A DNA stretch of 29,135 nt. Origin: Pirellulales bacterium (GTDB lineage Bacteria; Planctomycetota; Planctomycetia; Pirellulales; UBA1268). Of the stretch, positions 16,757-25,623 are shown one piece after another. The notes under the pieces were generated by a model. That model was not told the origin of the DNA. It saw only the letters and a list, made by a program, of their open reading frames with translations, and made no database searches. The stretch lies in contig JBDOMS010000219.1 in NCBI GenBank assembly GCA_039831735.1, positions 1-29,135 on the forward strand, written 5' to 3'. Positions within the stretch are counted from its first letter, which is position 1, and every line of letters begins with the position of its first letter. The position numbers and the translations under genes were made by a program.

Positions 16757-18409
16757 ATGTTCACCTTCCAACACGCGGTTCACAGTGTGCTTGTCGGTGT
16801 GGCCTTTTGGATGGCTATTCCCCAGGTTCAGGCTGATCCAGATGGTCAGGCAGCAACATCTCAAGCAGCCCTAGAAGCTGCCACTCAGGGAGATGTTATC
16901 CTTCTCAATTTTGCCGCTACGTGGTGTGGTCCGTGTCGTCAAATGGCACCAATTATTGGGGAAATTACGGCTGCCGGATGGATTGTGCGGCATGTAGACG
17001 CTGATCAAGAACCTGATCTTGTCAAACGGTTTGGAGTGACTGGAGTGCCCTGCTACGTTCTTCTTGTGCATGGAGAAGAGGTGGGTCGAATTAATGGTGC
17101 GACGACGCGCAATAAACTTGAAAACCTCCTCATGAAGAGCAGACAGCCTCTTGGCCTGTCTGAACGCCCATCGATTCCAGAAGGGGGCGGTGTTTCTGAA
17201 GCGCCTCCGATTCCTGGCATTCCGCTACCGGTTGCATCAGCAGGTCCGTTGTTGACTGAGCCCAAAGAGCCCCCTCAAAGCCTCCCGCAGGCGGTGATAC
17301 AGAATTCTGAGCCTCCTGATCCCCTTACTACCAGTACGGCAACCACGATTCAAAATGTGTCGCATGAAGATCAAACGCAGATTCTTTCGGAAGAAAAACG
17401 GCAGAGACTCGAACGGAAGCTTTTGCAGGCTACTGCCCGTTTACGAGTCGATGATCCGCAGGGTATGTCCGGAGGTACTGGAACGGTCATTGATTGCCGT
17501 CAAGGTGAAGCACTGATTCTGACATGTGGTCATATCTTTCGTGATTCTGACGGAAAAGGAAAAGTGAAAGTAGATCTTTTTAGTCCAAATGCACCACAAG
17601 GTATCGCTGGACAAGTTGTGGCGTATGACCTTACTCGGGATCTTGCACTTGTGAGCATCTTCACAGATCAACCCCTTGATCCTGTAAGGGTCGGGGGGCC
17701 CGAAGAAAAGACGAAAGCTGGTGAGTCGGTCGTGACCGTCGGTTGTAATGGAGGTGATGATCCAACACTCCACTACAGCCAGGTAAATGGTGTTGATAAG
17801 TATCTTGGTCCAGCAAATGTACAAGTAGCCGGACAGCCCGTTGAAGGTCGTAGTGGCGGTGGTTTGTTTTCACTTGAGGGCACCCTAATAGGTGTTTGCA
17901 ATGCTGCAGATCCAGAGGATAATGAAGGCCTTTTTGCAGCACTTCCGGCGATCCATGAACACCTTGATGAAGCAGGATTAGCGTTTGTCTATCGAAGCGT
18001 CTATCCGAGTGGCGGATTACCTCAGGGGGCCACTGATCCATCATCGGTTATTCCGAGTATGCCAGATGAAATGCCAGAGGTGGCATTTGATCGTCGAGAT
18101 CGTGCAAATGCTGTTCCAACGGCATCAAATGGCATAGAACCTGACGTGGCGCAGGGTAACATACATCAGCATTCGGTTTCGCCACTCTCGGATGGTGAAC
18201 AGACGTTGTTAGAACATGTTCGTCAGCACAAAGGCAAAGCAGAGGTCATCTGTATTGTACGTCCTCATGGAGCACCACAGGGCTCGAGCGAAGTCTTTGT
18301 GCTTCAGGATGCAAGTGAAGCCTTTATTGAACATCTGTCGCGAACTCATTTTGGTCATGATTCTCGAGCAGCCACAGAGATACCAAAGTCATCTTCTTTG
18401 AAAAAGTAG
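16757..18409 (+). CDS. Secreted thioredoxin-trypsin-like serine peptidase fusion
   Basis: Signal peptide-like N-terminus, thioredoxin NFAATWCGPC, Pro-rich linker, then an S1 triad ILTCGHIF / DLALV / GRSGGGLF, and a small C-terminal domain. Confidence 0.85.
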   Translation: MFTFQHAVHSVLVGVAFWMAIPQVQADPDGQAATSQAALEAATQGDVILLNFAATWCGPCRQMAPIIGEITAAGWIVRHVDADQEPDLVKRFGVTGVPCYVLLVHGEEVGRINGATTRNKLENLLMKSRQPLGLSERPSIPEGGGVSEAPPIPGIPLPVASAGPLLTEPKEPPQSLPQAVIQNSEPPDPLTTSTATTIQNVSHEDQTQILSEEKRQRLERKLLQATARLRVDDPQGMSGGTGTVIDCRQGEALILTCGHIFRDSDGKGKVKVDLFSPNAPQGIAGQVVAYDLTRDLALVSIFTDQPLDPVRVGGPEEKTKAGESVVTVGCNGGDDPTLHYSQVNGVDKYLGPANVQVAGQPVEGRSGGGLFSLEGTLIGVCNAADPEDNEGLFAALPAIHEHLDEAGLAFVYRSVYPSGGLPQGATDPSSVIPSMPDEMPEVAFDRRDRANAVPTASNGIEPDVAQGNIHQHSVSPLSDGEQTLLEHVRQHKGKAEVICIVRPHGAPQGSSEVFVLQDASEAFIEHLSRTHFGHDSRAATEIPKSSSLKK

Positions 18410-18417
18410 ATGGATTT

Positions 18418-19068
18418 ATGTTACAGATTCTTATAAGGCACGGCGAAAGTGTCTCGAATACTGAAGGGCGTGTTCAGGGACAGGAAAATGTTCCACTATC
18501 GCCACGAGGAGATGCCCAAGCAAAAGCTGTTGCCGTGTGGAGTAGTACTAAGTTCAATAAGTCCACGGAAGCCATTGATGAAATCTGGTCAAGCCCACTG
18601 ATCCGTGCTCAATCTACAGCTAGTCATATTGCTGAAGCTCTTGGTTTGAAACTTCAGGTTGATGAGCGTCTCTGTGAATTACATGCAGGTATCTTTCAAG
18701 GTCACTTATGGGTGGATCTTGAAGAAAAATTTCCAGAGGCTGTTGCTCAGTGGAGAAAGGGCGATATGGACTATGCAATTCCAGGTGGGGAATCACGAGC
18801 ACAACTTGCGGAGCGAGGGTGTCAGGTGTTGGAGTCGTTAGCATCTCGAATGGCCAACCGTATGATTATAGTGGCTCATGGAGGTATTCTAACGGCGGCT
18901 CTTGGTCGGCTCGTTGGAAAATCACACCCTCTTTTAGCCTCTTCTGCAGAACGACCATTCACAAAATTACCAGCCTTGGAAAACTGTTCGATAAGTTGTC
19001 TTGAGTGGCCAGGGCCTTCGTTACTCTCATTCAATAAAACCGACCATCTTCATGATCTCATGAGTTGA
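18418..19068 (+). CDS. Histidine phosphatase (phosphoglycerate mutase/CobC-like) family protein
   Basis: LIRHGES, SSPLIRAQSTA, LCELHAG, PGGES and VAHGG motifs. Confidence 0.9.
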   Translation: MLQILIRHGESVSNTEGRVQGQENVPLSPRGDAQAKAVAVWSSTKFNKSTEAIDEIWSSPLIRAQSTASHIAEALGLKLQVDERLCELHAGIFQGHLWVDLEEKFPEAVAQWRKGDMDYAIPGGESRAQLAERGCQVLESLASRMANRMIIVAHGGILTAALGRLVGKSHPLLASSAERPFTKLPALENCSISCLEWPGPSLLSFNKTDHLHDLMS

Positions 19069-19492
19069 TCGCTGGAGACAGGCATCCATTTTAGGCAGAT
19101 TGCAGATGGATGGGCAGAAACACTATATGTTTTTGTGGTGATCGGTACGGTTCGAGCCCAAGAGGTGTATGGCAGGTGGTGTGAAAGTTTCCATGATCAG
19201 CCACAAAGGAGCGATTTCCCAGACCATTGACTCATTACAGCCATTGGATCAGACGATCTGTAGACGGTATGCGTCGAGTGTTTTTGATCATGGATGAGGC
19301 AGCGATGTTTGCTGCTTTAGAATCGACCCGTGCATTTCCCGCATGATGAGACAGAAGAAGACAAGAGGATGTAAAGTGCTTCGCAAAACAAAGGTGAATT
19401 CATAACGATATACCTGCTATTCTCGCCAGTAATCTTCTGACCAATAAAATCACCATCGGAATCTCTTTCGTAATTCGCTATTCTCAGAAGAG

Positions 19493-20440
19493 ATGATGAT
19501 TAATATTCAGACAATCCGATCGATAGTTCTGGCATGTGCAGTTTTGCCTGTTGCATACGCAAGGGGAAAAGAAGTTTATGCGCCATCAGGTTTTTCTGGT
19601 CCACGTGCCATGGCTTATCTCAAGGAGATATGTGATTTAGGACCACGAGTTAGCGGTTCACCCGGAATGGTTGCACAGCGGAAAAGATTAGTAGAACACT
19701 TTCGGAGTGCGAAAGGGTTTGTGCATGGCCAGGCGTTTAGGCTAGAGGATCGTCGCAGTGGGAAACCAGTGCACATGGAGAATCTGATTGTGGAATGGCA
19801 CCCCGATCGAAAGAAACGTCTCCTCGTCGGTGTGCATTACGACACGCGTCCGTTTCCTGATCGTGATCCCAAAGATCCAAAAGGAATATTTCTTGGAGCG
19901 AATGACGGAGCCAGCGGAGTGGCAGTACTCATGGAGTTAGCTCAATTTATGAGGACGGTCCCAGAACCCTTGGGAGTTGACTTTGTTTGCTTTGATGCAG
20001 AGGAATATGTTTTTGGCCAACGTGATCCGTATTGTTTAGGTTCAACATATTTTGCCCGCACCTATGTTGCTGACAGAATCGAGGATAGGAATCTGCACAC
20101 GTATCAATTTGGAGTTATTCTTGACATGGTGGGAGATAAAGATCTGCAGATTTGGCAGGAACAGCAGAGTGTCATGTGGCCGGATACTCAACCCGTGGTA
20201 CAGGAAATATGGTCCGTTGCATCCCGGCTTGGAGTTCAGCAATTCATACCACGACCCAAATACACGGTTCAGGATGACCATGTGCCCCTCAGAATGATCG
20301 CAAAAATACCCACCTGTGACATCATCGATTTTGATTATCCGGCTTGGCACACAACAGCAGATGTGCCCTCAAATTGCTCGGCAGATTCTCTTGAGCTAGT
20401 TGGCCGGGTGATTCTGTCGTGGTTACGGAGTCAGCGATAG
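19493..20440 (+). CDS. M28-family zinc peptidase (glutaminyl-cyclase-related)
   Basis: Putative signal peptide; metal-ligand motifs GVHYDTRP, GANDGASG, FDAEEY, LDMVG and DDHVP; IIDFDYPAWHT. Confidence 0.88.
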   Translation: MMINIQTIRSIVLACAVLPVAYARGKEVYAPSGFSGPRAMAYLKEICDLGPRVSGSPGMVAQRKRLVEHFRSAKGFVHGQAFRLEDRRSGKPVHMENLIVEWHPDRKKRLLVGVHYDTRPFPDRDPKDPKGIFLGANDGASGVAVLMELAQFMRTVPEPLGVDFVCFDAEEYVFGQRDPYCLGSTYFARTYVADRIEDRNLHTYQFGVILDMVGDKDLQIWQEQQSVMWPDTQPVVQEIWSVASRLGVQQFIPRPKYTVQDDHVPLRMIAKIPTCDIIDFDYPAWHTTADVPSNCSADSLELVGRVILSWLRSQR

Positions 20441-20443
20441 GCG

Positions 20444-20731
20444 ATGAAAGAAAACAAAGATCATTCAGGAAGTGACTCAAAGAAAGATGAAAGAATACCA
20501 CTTGTGATGCCAGATTTCATGGTGGATCAACCAATCAAACTGTCACTCTGGCTAGTATCGTGTGGTGAGAGAGTTCTTTATGGTGACCGTATTGCTGAAA
20601 TACTTGTCGGGGCTGCTACGTTTGACCTTGAAGCACCAATCTCAGGGCGATTAATGTGCCAGAATGTTGAGGAAGATGATGTTGTTGCGACAGGAATGAT
20701 ACTTGCAGAGTTTGCGCCGTTGGAGGATTAA
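20444..20731 (+). CDS. Stand-alone biotin/lipoyl-attachment-fold protein lacking the modified lysine
   Basis: MPDF...WLVSCGERVLYGDRIAEILVGAATFDLEAPISGRL...VEEDDVVATGMILAEF aligns to lipoyl domains (WLVKEGD.V..GD.L.EVETDKAT.EI.SP..G). The DK is replaced by GA. Confidence 0.75.
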   Translation: MKENKDHSGSDSKKDERIPLVMPDFMVDQPIKLSLWLVSCGERVLYGDRIAEILVGAATFDLEAPISGRLMCQNVEEDDVVATGMILAEFAPLED

Positions 20732-20735
20732 TACG

Positions 20736-22415
20736 TTGAGAGCCTTGTGGAACTCAACTCATGTTCTCAATGATGCAGAGTGCCAACTATGGATGCTCTC
20801 GCTACTTGGTGCGATATCAATGTTTTTGATCCAGCCTCCAGTTGATATTTGGTGGGCTGCATGGTTAGCCCCTCTGCCATGGCTATCAATTATTCGTCGA
20901 AAAAACATAGGATCGAAGCACCCGTGGCGTATCTTGTGGTTTGCGGGGTTTCTTCATTGGTTGCTGGCAATCCATTGGTTGAGACTTCCTCATCCAGCAA
21001 CATCGATCGGCTGGCTTGCATTATCGGCATACCTAGCCTGCTACGTTCCTCTCTTTATATGGATTGCACGTTTTTTTGTGCATACAAGAAATGTATCACT
21101 CCTGCTTGCTGCTCCTCTAGCGTGGGTGACGTGCGAGCAGATGAGGAGTAGTTTGTTCGGAGGGTTTACATTTGCAAGTTTGGGTCATTCGCAGTGGAGA
21201 TGGACGCTGCTCATTCAAAGTGCTGACCTGTTTAGTACTGTTGGTATAAGTGGGCTGATCATGGTTGTTGCTGCTTCTCTTACATCCCAGTCTTTCAAAC
21301 AGATGGTTATTGCTACGAGTGTATTTTTACTTGCACTTACATATGGCGCATGGCGGATTATGGAAGAACCAGAGCCCATCCATGAACCATTGGATATTCT
21401 TCTTGTGCAGGGTTCCATTGATACAGAACTGAAGCATAAGCCAGGTTCAGAAGCTGATGTAACACAGCATTACGATGAGTTGACCATCGATGGGTTGGAG
21501 AGTGCATCGGGAATATTACCGGATCTTATTGTGTGGCCAGAAACTATGTGGCGGTGGAGTCTACTGGAGATTGATCCAAGAGAGATACTGCCTGAAAGTG
21601 TCTTAGAGCAGTTCGTTGGGCCATCCCATGAAACAACAATGGTTTCAGACGTTGATCGACAGCGTGAGTGTCGAGAGATTTTAGAGCAGGAGCGTCTCAA
21701 TACACTTGCTGTCTATGCGCGTCGATATGGTACGAATTGGCTTGTTGGTGTTGATAAACAGGAGATTTCTCCAAGTTTTCCGAGTGGAACCCGCAACTTC
21801 AATTGTGGCCTTTTCCTGGATTCGGATGGAAAAGTTCTTGAGTGTTACGAGAAAATGTACCCCGTAATGTTTGGGGAATACATTCCATTGGCAAATTATT
21901 TTCCATGGTTGTACTCACTCACACCTCTTCCAACTGGATTGACCGCTGGCACTGAGCCAGTGGTTGTGCCAATCAAAGATTTCAGAGTGACAGTCAATAT
22001 TTGTTATGAAACGGCCCTTCCAGAGGCAGTGAGGCGCCTTGTTGAATTCCTTCATGCAAGGAGCACAAAGCCAGATGTCATAGTCAATCTGACCAACGAC
22101 GGGTGGTTTTGGGGTTCCAGTGAACTTGATATGCACTTGGCAGCTGCCGTTTTTCGAGCTGTTGAGGTGCGAACGCCTTTGGTTATTGCTGCAAATACAG
22201 GGTTCTCCGCTTGGATAGATGGTTCAGGACGACTTCTCGCTCAGGGGCCTCGAAGGTCTACAGGGACGATTCGGGCGCTTGTTCAGCCCGATGGCAGGCG
22301 AAGTTTGTGGCTATTTTGGGGGAATCTACCGGCTTGGGGGTGTGTAGCGGTCACAGGATGTATTATAGGTGGAGGCAGGTGGTGGAATTCGAAGGCAGAT
22401 GATTGTCAGATTTGA
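20736..22415 (+). CDS. lnt: Apolipoprotein N-acyltransferase
   Basis: N-terminal transmembrane helices, then the nitrilase-fold triad IVWPE / YEKMYPVMFGEYIP / NICYE, plus NLTNDGWF, RAVEVR and ANTGFSAWID. The start is uncertain: TTG 20736 has GGAGG 9 nt upstream, while the track start at 20703 overlaps the previous gene. Confidence 0.93.
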   Translation: MRALWNSTHVLNDAECQLWMLSLLGAISMFLIQPPVDIWWAAWLAPLPWLSIIRRKNIGSKHPWRILWFAGFLHWLLAIHWLRLPHPATSIGWLALSAYLACYVPLFIWIARFFVHTRNVSLLLAAPLAWVTCEQMRSSLFGGFTFASLGHSQWRWTLLIQSADLFSTVGISGLIMVVAASLTSQSFKQMVIATSVFLLALTYGAWRIMEEPEPIHEPLDILLVQGSIDTELKHKPGSEADVTQHYDELTIDGLESASGILPDLIVWPETMWRWSLLEIDPREILPESVLEQFVGPSHETTMVSDVDRQRECREILEQERLNTLAVYARRYGTNWLVGVDKQEISPSFPSGTRNFNCGLFLDSDGKVLECYEKMYPVMFGEYIPLANYFPWLYSLTPLPTGLTAGTEPVVVPIKDFRVTVNICYETALPEAVRRLVEFLHARSTKPDVIVNLTNDGWFWGSSELDMHLAAAVFRAVEVRTPLVIAANTGFSAWIDGSGRLLAQGPRRSTGTIRALVQPDGRRSLWLFWGNLPAWGCVAVTGCIIGGGRWWNSKADDCQI

Positions 22416-22478
22416 GTCACATTGACCTGGTAACCGATCAAAATCTAGTCTGGTACTTAAGAAACCTGAGGGTGCGAG

Positions 22479-23315
22479 ATGGATATTCTCGGCAAGATTT
22501 TTGTTTTTGCAGTTTTTATCATGAGCCTTGTGTTCATGAGTTTTGCTGTTGCGATCTTTGCATCACATACAAATTGGAAAGCAGAAGCTGAACGCTTAGA
22601 ACAAAGTTTGAGTGCGGACAAAGACAAGCGAGGTCACCTTCTTGAGACGATCGATGACTTGCAAAAAAAGGTGGCGAGTTCTGAGGCAGAGCGGGATCAG
22701 GTCGTTGCAAAGCTCCAGTATGCTCTTGCTGAACAAAGTACAGAATTGAAGGATCTGAAAGACAAAAGAGATGACCTTGTGGCAAAGGCAACGGAAGCCA
22801 TTAATGAATTGAGTGTTGTGCAGGCTGAACTCAAACGAGCCACTGACAATGTTGAAGAACTCCGAGAACAAGTTCGGAATCAACAAATGAAGGTCGATGA
22901 ACAAATTGGTGAAGCTGTTAAGATATCGGCTGAACTTCATGAAAAGCAGTCAACGCTCGCCATCGTTGAGGAGAGAAAGGCACAACTTGAGAAGCAGCTG
23001 GTAAATGCCCGAAAGCTTCTTAAGCAATTTGGCTTAGCACTGGATAGTATGCCCCGAGAGAGTGAGGAGTTTCCAACGGTCAATGGCGTTGTTACAGCTG
23101 TTGTCGACAATGCAGTTGAAGTTTCTCTTGGTGGTGATGATGGAATACAGATGGGTCATGTGCTGGAACTTTATCGTAATGATCAGTATGTAGGTCGTGC
23201 AGTTGTGAAATCAGTGAAACCCGATCGTGCCTTTGCAATTATCCAAAAAGAGTATGCGAGAGGCATTGTTCAGAGAGGTGATCGCTTTACAACTCGACTA
23301 AGAAAAGCAGCATAG
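22479..23315 (+). CDS. Single-pass membrane-anchored coiled-coil protein with a small C-terminal beta domain
   Basis: N-terminal helix (IFVFAVFIMSLVFMSFAVAIFA), about 160 aa of heptad-like E/K/L/Q-rich sequence, then VEVSLGGDDGIQMGHVLELYR..QYVGRAVV..V.PDRA. Confidence 0.75.
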   Translation: MDILGKIFVFAVFIMSLVFMSFAVAIFASHTNWKAEAERLEQSLSADKDKRGHLLETIDDLQKKVASSEAERDQVVAKLQYALAEQSTELKDLKDKRDDLVAKATEAINELSVVQAELKRATDNVEELREQVRNQQMKVDEQIGEAVKISAELHEKQSTLAIVEERKAQLEKQLVNARKLLKQFGLALDSMPRESEEFPTVNGVVTAVVDNAVEVSLGGDDGIQMGHVLELYRNDQYVGRAVVKSVKPDRAFAIIQKEYARGIVQRGDRFTTRLRKAA

Positions 23316-23352
23316 CGTCGTTGAAGGACAACCCGCGGTATTGAGTAAGACC

Positions 23353-23502
23353 ATGGATGATGAGCAACAACCAGCAGAGCAGTCACGATCGCCAATGAAT
23401 GTGTACACTGGAATGCTTGCCATGGCATTTGTTGCTATCACCATTGCCTGCATTATTTTAGCAGTTGATCTTTTTTCTCGTGGACTTCCGTTGAAGCCAT
23501 AA
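23353..23502 (+). CDS. 49-aa single-pass membrane microprotein (not in ORF track)
   Basis: Manual translation MDDEQQPAEQSRSPMNVYTGMLAMAFVAITIACIILAVDLFSRGLPLKP*. It has one clean transmembrane helix and fills the gap between two + strand genes, ending 4 nt before the next ATG. NVYTxML...IACxxL resembles a small planctomycete family as I recall it. An in-frame TTG at 23341 is an alternative start. Confidence 0.7.
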   Translation: MDDEQQPAEQSRSPMNVYTGMLAMAFVAITIACIILAVDLFSRGLPLKP

Positions 23503-23506
23503 TCAG

Positions 23507-24286
23507 ATGTTTGCATGGCTACGGCAACGCAGGCGACGTGCTCTCCGTGAACAGCCGTTTCCGTCTACTTGGGATGAGTTCATAAGGCGGAATGTTCAAC
23601 AGGTTCAGTGGTTAGATGAAACAGAGCGGCAGTACCTTCGTGAGTGGATAGCTGTCTTTATTGCGGAGAAGTATTTTGAGGGGTGCGGTGGCCTTGAAGT
23701 CACCGATGAGATTCGAGTAACCATTGCCGCGCAGGCAGGACTCATTGTGCTCGGATTTCACAATGAGTACTTCGAAAGCCTTCGGTCTATTATCGTGTAT
23801 CCGTCTGATTATGTTGCATCACGTGCGATACCACTTCGTGGTGGTGGGGAGTTAGCATGGCAAGAAGTGCGTCTTGGTGAGACGTGGTCTGGGGGAAGTG
23901 TTGTGCTGGCCTGGTCTCGGGTGCTTGAAGGGGGACGTCAGCAGCATGGCCGCCGTAATGTCGTGCTCCACGAATTTGCACACCTGGTTGATCTTTTTGA
24001 TGGGGTGATAGACGGGGTTCCGCTTCTTGAGGGAGATCGAAAAAGATGGGAGATGGCATTTTCAAGATGCCGAAATACCTTTGAAAATTCTTTAGAAAAC
24101 AATGAACCAACCATCTTGGATGCTTATGCTGCTGAAGGAGCATCAGAGTTTTTTGCTGTTGCCACAGAATGTTTTTTTCAAGACCCTCACAGACTTGCCA
24201 GTCATGATGACGAATTATACGAACTTTTGAGGCTGGCATGGCGGCAAGACCCAAAGAGTCGATCGCCTATTCTTCATGACGGCTAA
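23507..24286 (+). CDS. MtfA-like zinc-dependent peptidase (M90 family)
   Basis: FIAEKYFEGCGGLEVTDEIRVTIAAQA, IIVYPS, LGETW..GSVVLAW, NVVLHEFAH (HExxH) and SEFFAVATECFF. Confidence 0.88.
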   Translation: MFAWLRQRRRRALREQPFPSTWDEFIRRNVQQVQWLDETERQYLREWIAVFIAEKYFEGCGGLEVTDEIRVTIAAQAGLIVLGFHNEYFESLRSIIVYPSDYVASRAIPLRGGGELAWQEVRLGETWSGGSVVLAWSRVLEGGRQQHGRRNVVLHEFAHLVDLFDGVIDGVPLLEGDRKRWEMAFSRCRNTFENSLENNEPTILDAYAAEGASEFFAVATECFFQDPHRLASHDDELYELLRLAWRQDPKSRSPILHDG

Positions 24287-25623
24287 GGTTCATTTTTTTG
24301 TGGATTTTGAACGTTCTTCTCTGGGCTATCAGTAGCTTCGTTGTTTACGTGCTCACTTCGTGAAACAAGTGAGGTAATGATTCCACCAGGTGATGCAAGT
24401 ATCAGTCGATCTGTTTGTCGATTGGTGACACTGAGTCTGAATGGATCAAGGCAAAACTGTTGCAAACGACTTCCGTCCGAAGGATCAAGTGCAGCCAGAC
24501 GTTCCATATCGTCCAGACACCATAGTTTGTTTGCTGCAATGGTTAGCAGTTGAACTTTTTTGGAATGAGTCCAAAGCCATCTTCCATCTTCGGCAGCAAG
24601 AGCGGTGAGGCCACCAGTAGCAAGCGGGACAAAGATTGTATTGTCCAGTTGCCAGATGGCTCCGGTCACAGAATCTGTAAGAGGCTCTCTCCAGACAAAA
24701 ACATTACCAGTGGGAAGAAGATCAATGCGAACAACATCACTTGCGGATGAACCAGAGTTAATGGATGTAAAAATTGAATCATTACTGAGCAGGAGCTGTC
24801 CGATGGGTGGTCTGCCAAGTTGAAATTCCAGACGGATCCAATCAGGAGTAGCTTCTATGAAACGCGAAATGGTTCCAGCAGTAGTACACCATAATACGCC
24901 TTTCTCAATTGGTAGCGGGGGAAGAGCCAGGGCGTTATGGGTACTGATCTGCCATGGTGATCTGTCATCATCACCATCATTGAAGCTTACAGCTTTCAGT
25001 TCTGTGTTTTGGTCCGTTGTCTTATCCTGTCCAGAAGTTATAAGGGTGTTTTCTAGGCCCGATGTTTTCCTCAGGGGATTTACTGGAAGGCGAAGTAACC
25101 GTCCTCGCTCTATTGGTACGTATACCCAATTGCCGCTAATGGCAGGTGTTGCAATAGCAGGACTGGGGAGTGGGTACTTCCATAGTGTGTGGCCGGATTG
25201 AGCATCGATTCCAGTAACAACAAAATCGCCAGCAATGACAACTATCCCACTTCCAGCAGTAGGTGGAAAGTAACTCTTTGTTCGAGCGTCACGATGGTGT
25301 GTCCACAAGACAGAGCCGACTGCAGGAAGACCTGTAGGAAGGTCAGCTTCAGCATTCTCAACCGAAGCAGCAATTCCGTGCAGGCTACCATCGCCAGCTG
25401 ACGCTAAAACAAGTCCGTCCACTACTGTTACGTGGGTCAGTCGTGTGGCACGAGAATCGAAAGGAACTTGCACGATCCATTCTCGTCGTAGTCCTACATG
25501 TTCGGCGACAAAAGCATCTCCAAGTGTCCCCCAGACACGTTCTGCGGACTCGCAAGGCGCGGTTCTGAGACACAAGGTGCTAAGTACAAGAAGTATTGGG
25601 AAGGTGAATCGCATGGCAATCAT
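24283..25623 (-). CDS. Exported PQQ-like (BamB-like) beta-propeller protein
   Basis: Signal-peptide-like N-terminus (start at 25623 or 25614) and repeated Trp-docking units (GSVLWT, AQSGHTLWKY, VFVWRE, LAAEDGRWLWT, ALDPSDGSRL). Confidence 0.75.
   Translation of the reverse strand: MIAMRFTFPILLVLSTLCLRTAPCESAERVWGTLGDAFVAEHVGLRREWIVQVPFDSRATRLTHVTVVDGLVLASAGDGSLHGIAASVENAEADLPTGLPAVGSVLWTHHRDARTKSYFPPTAGSGIVVIAGDFVVTGIDAQSGHTLWKYPLPSPAIATPAISGNWVYVPIERGRLLRLPVNPLRKTSGLENTLITSGQDKTTDQNTELKAVSFNDGDDDRSPWQISTHNALALPPLPIEKGVLWCTTAGTISRFIEATPDWIRLEFQLGRPPIGQLLLSNDSIFTSINSGSSASDVVRIDLLPTGNVFVWREPLTDSVTGAIWQLDNTIFVPLATGGLTALAAEDGRWLWTHSKKVQLLTIAANKLWCLDDMERLAALDPSDGSRLQQFCLDPFRLSVTNRQTDRLILASPGGIITSLVSRSEHVNNEATDSPEKNVQNPQKNEP

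Noticed and set aside
19069-19492. tmRNA, RNase P, SRP, 6S RNA or tRNA in the large gap
   Set aside because: I found none of their hallmark motifs (GGTTCGAATCC/CCA, GAGGAAAGTCC, TCAGG..GGAAG..AGCAG). Kept only as an unexplained gap.
23790-24254. 154-aa antisense ORF and similar 60-180 aa overlapping ORFs across the window (e.g. 8400..8939, 17441..17824, 26383..26940)
   Set aside because: Each is fully overlapped by a gene with clear family motifs and shows no recognisable domain.
25540-25623. Lipobox in the PQQ-like propeller (would make it a true BamB lipoprotein)
   Set aside because: The context LCLRTAPC does not fit the L-[AS]-[GA]-C lipobox, so I did not assign bamB.
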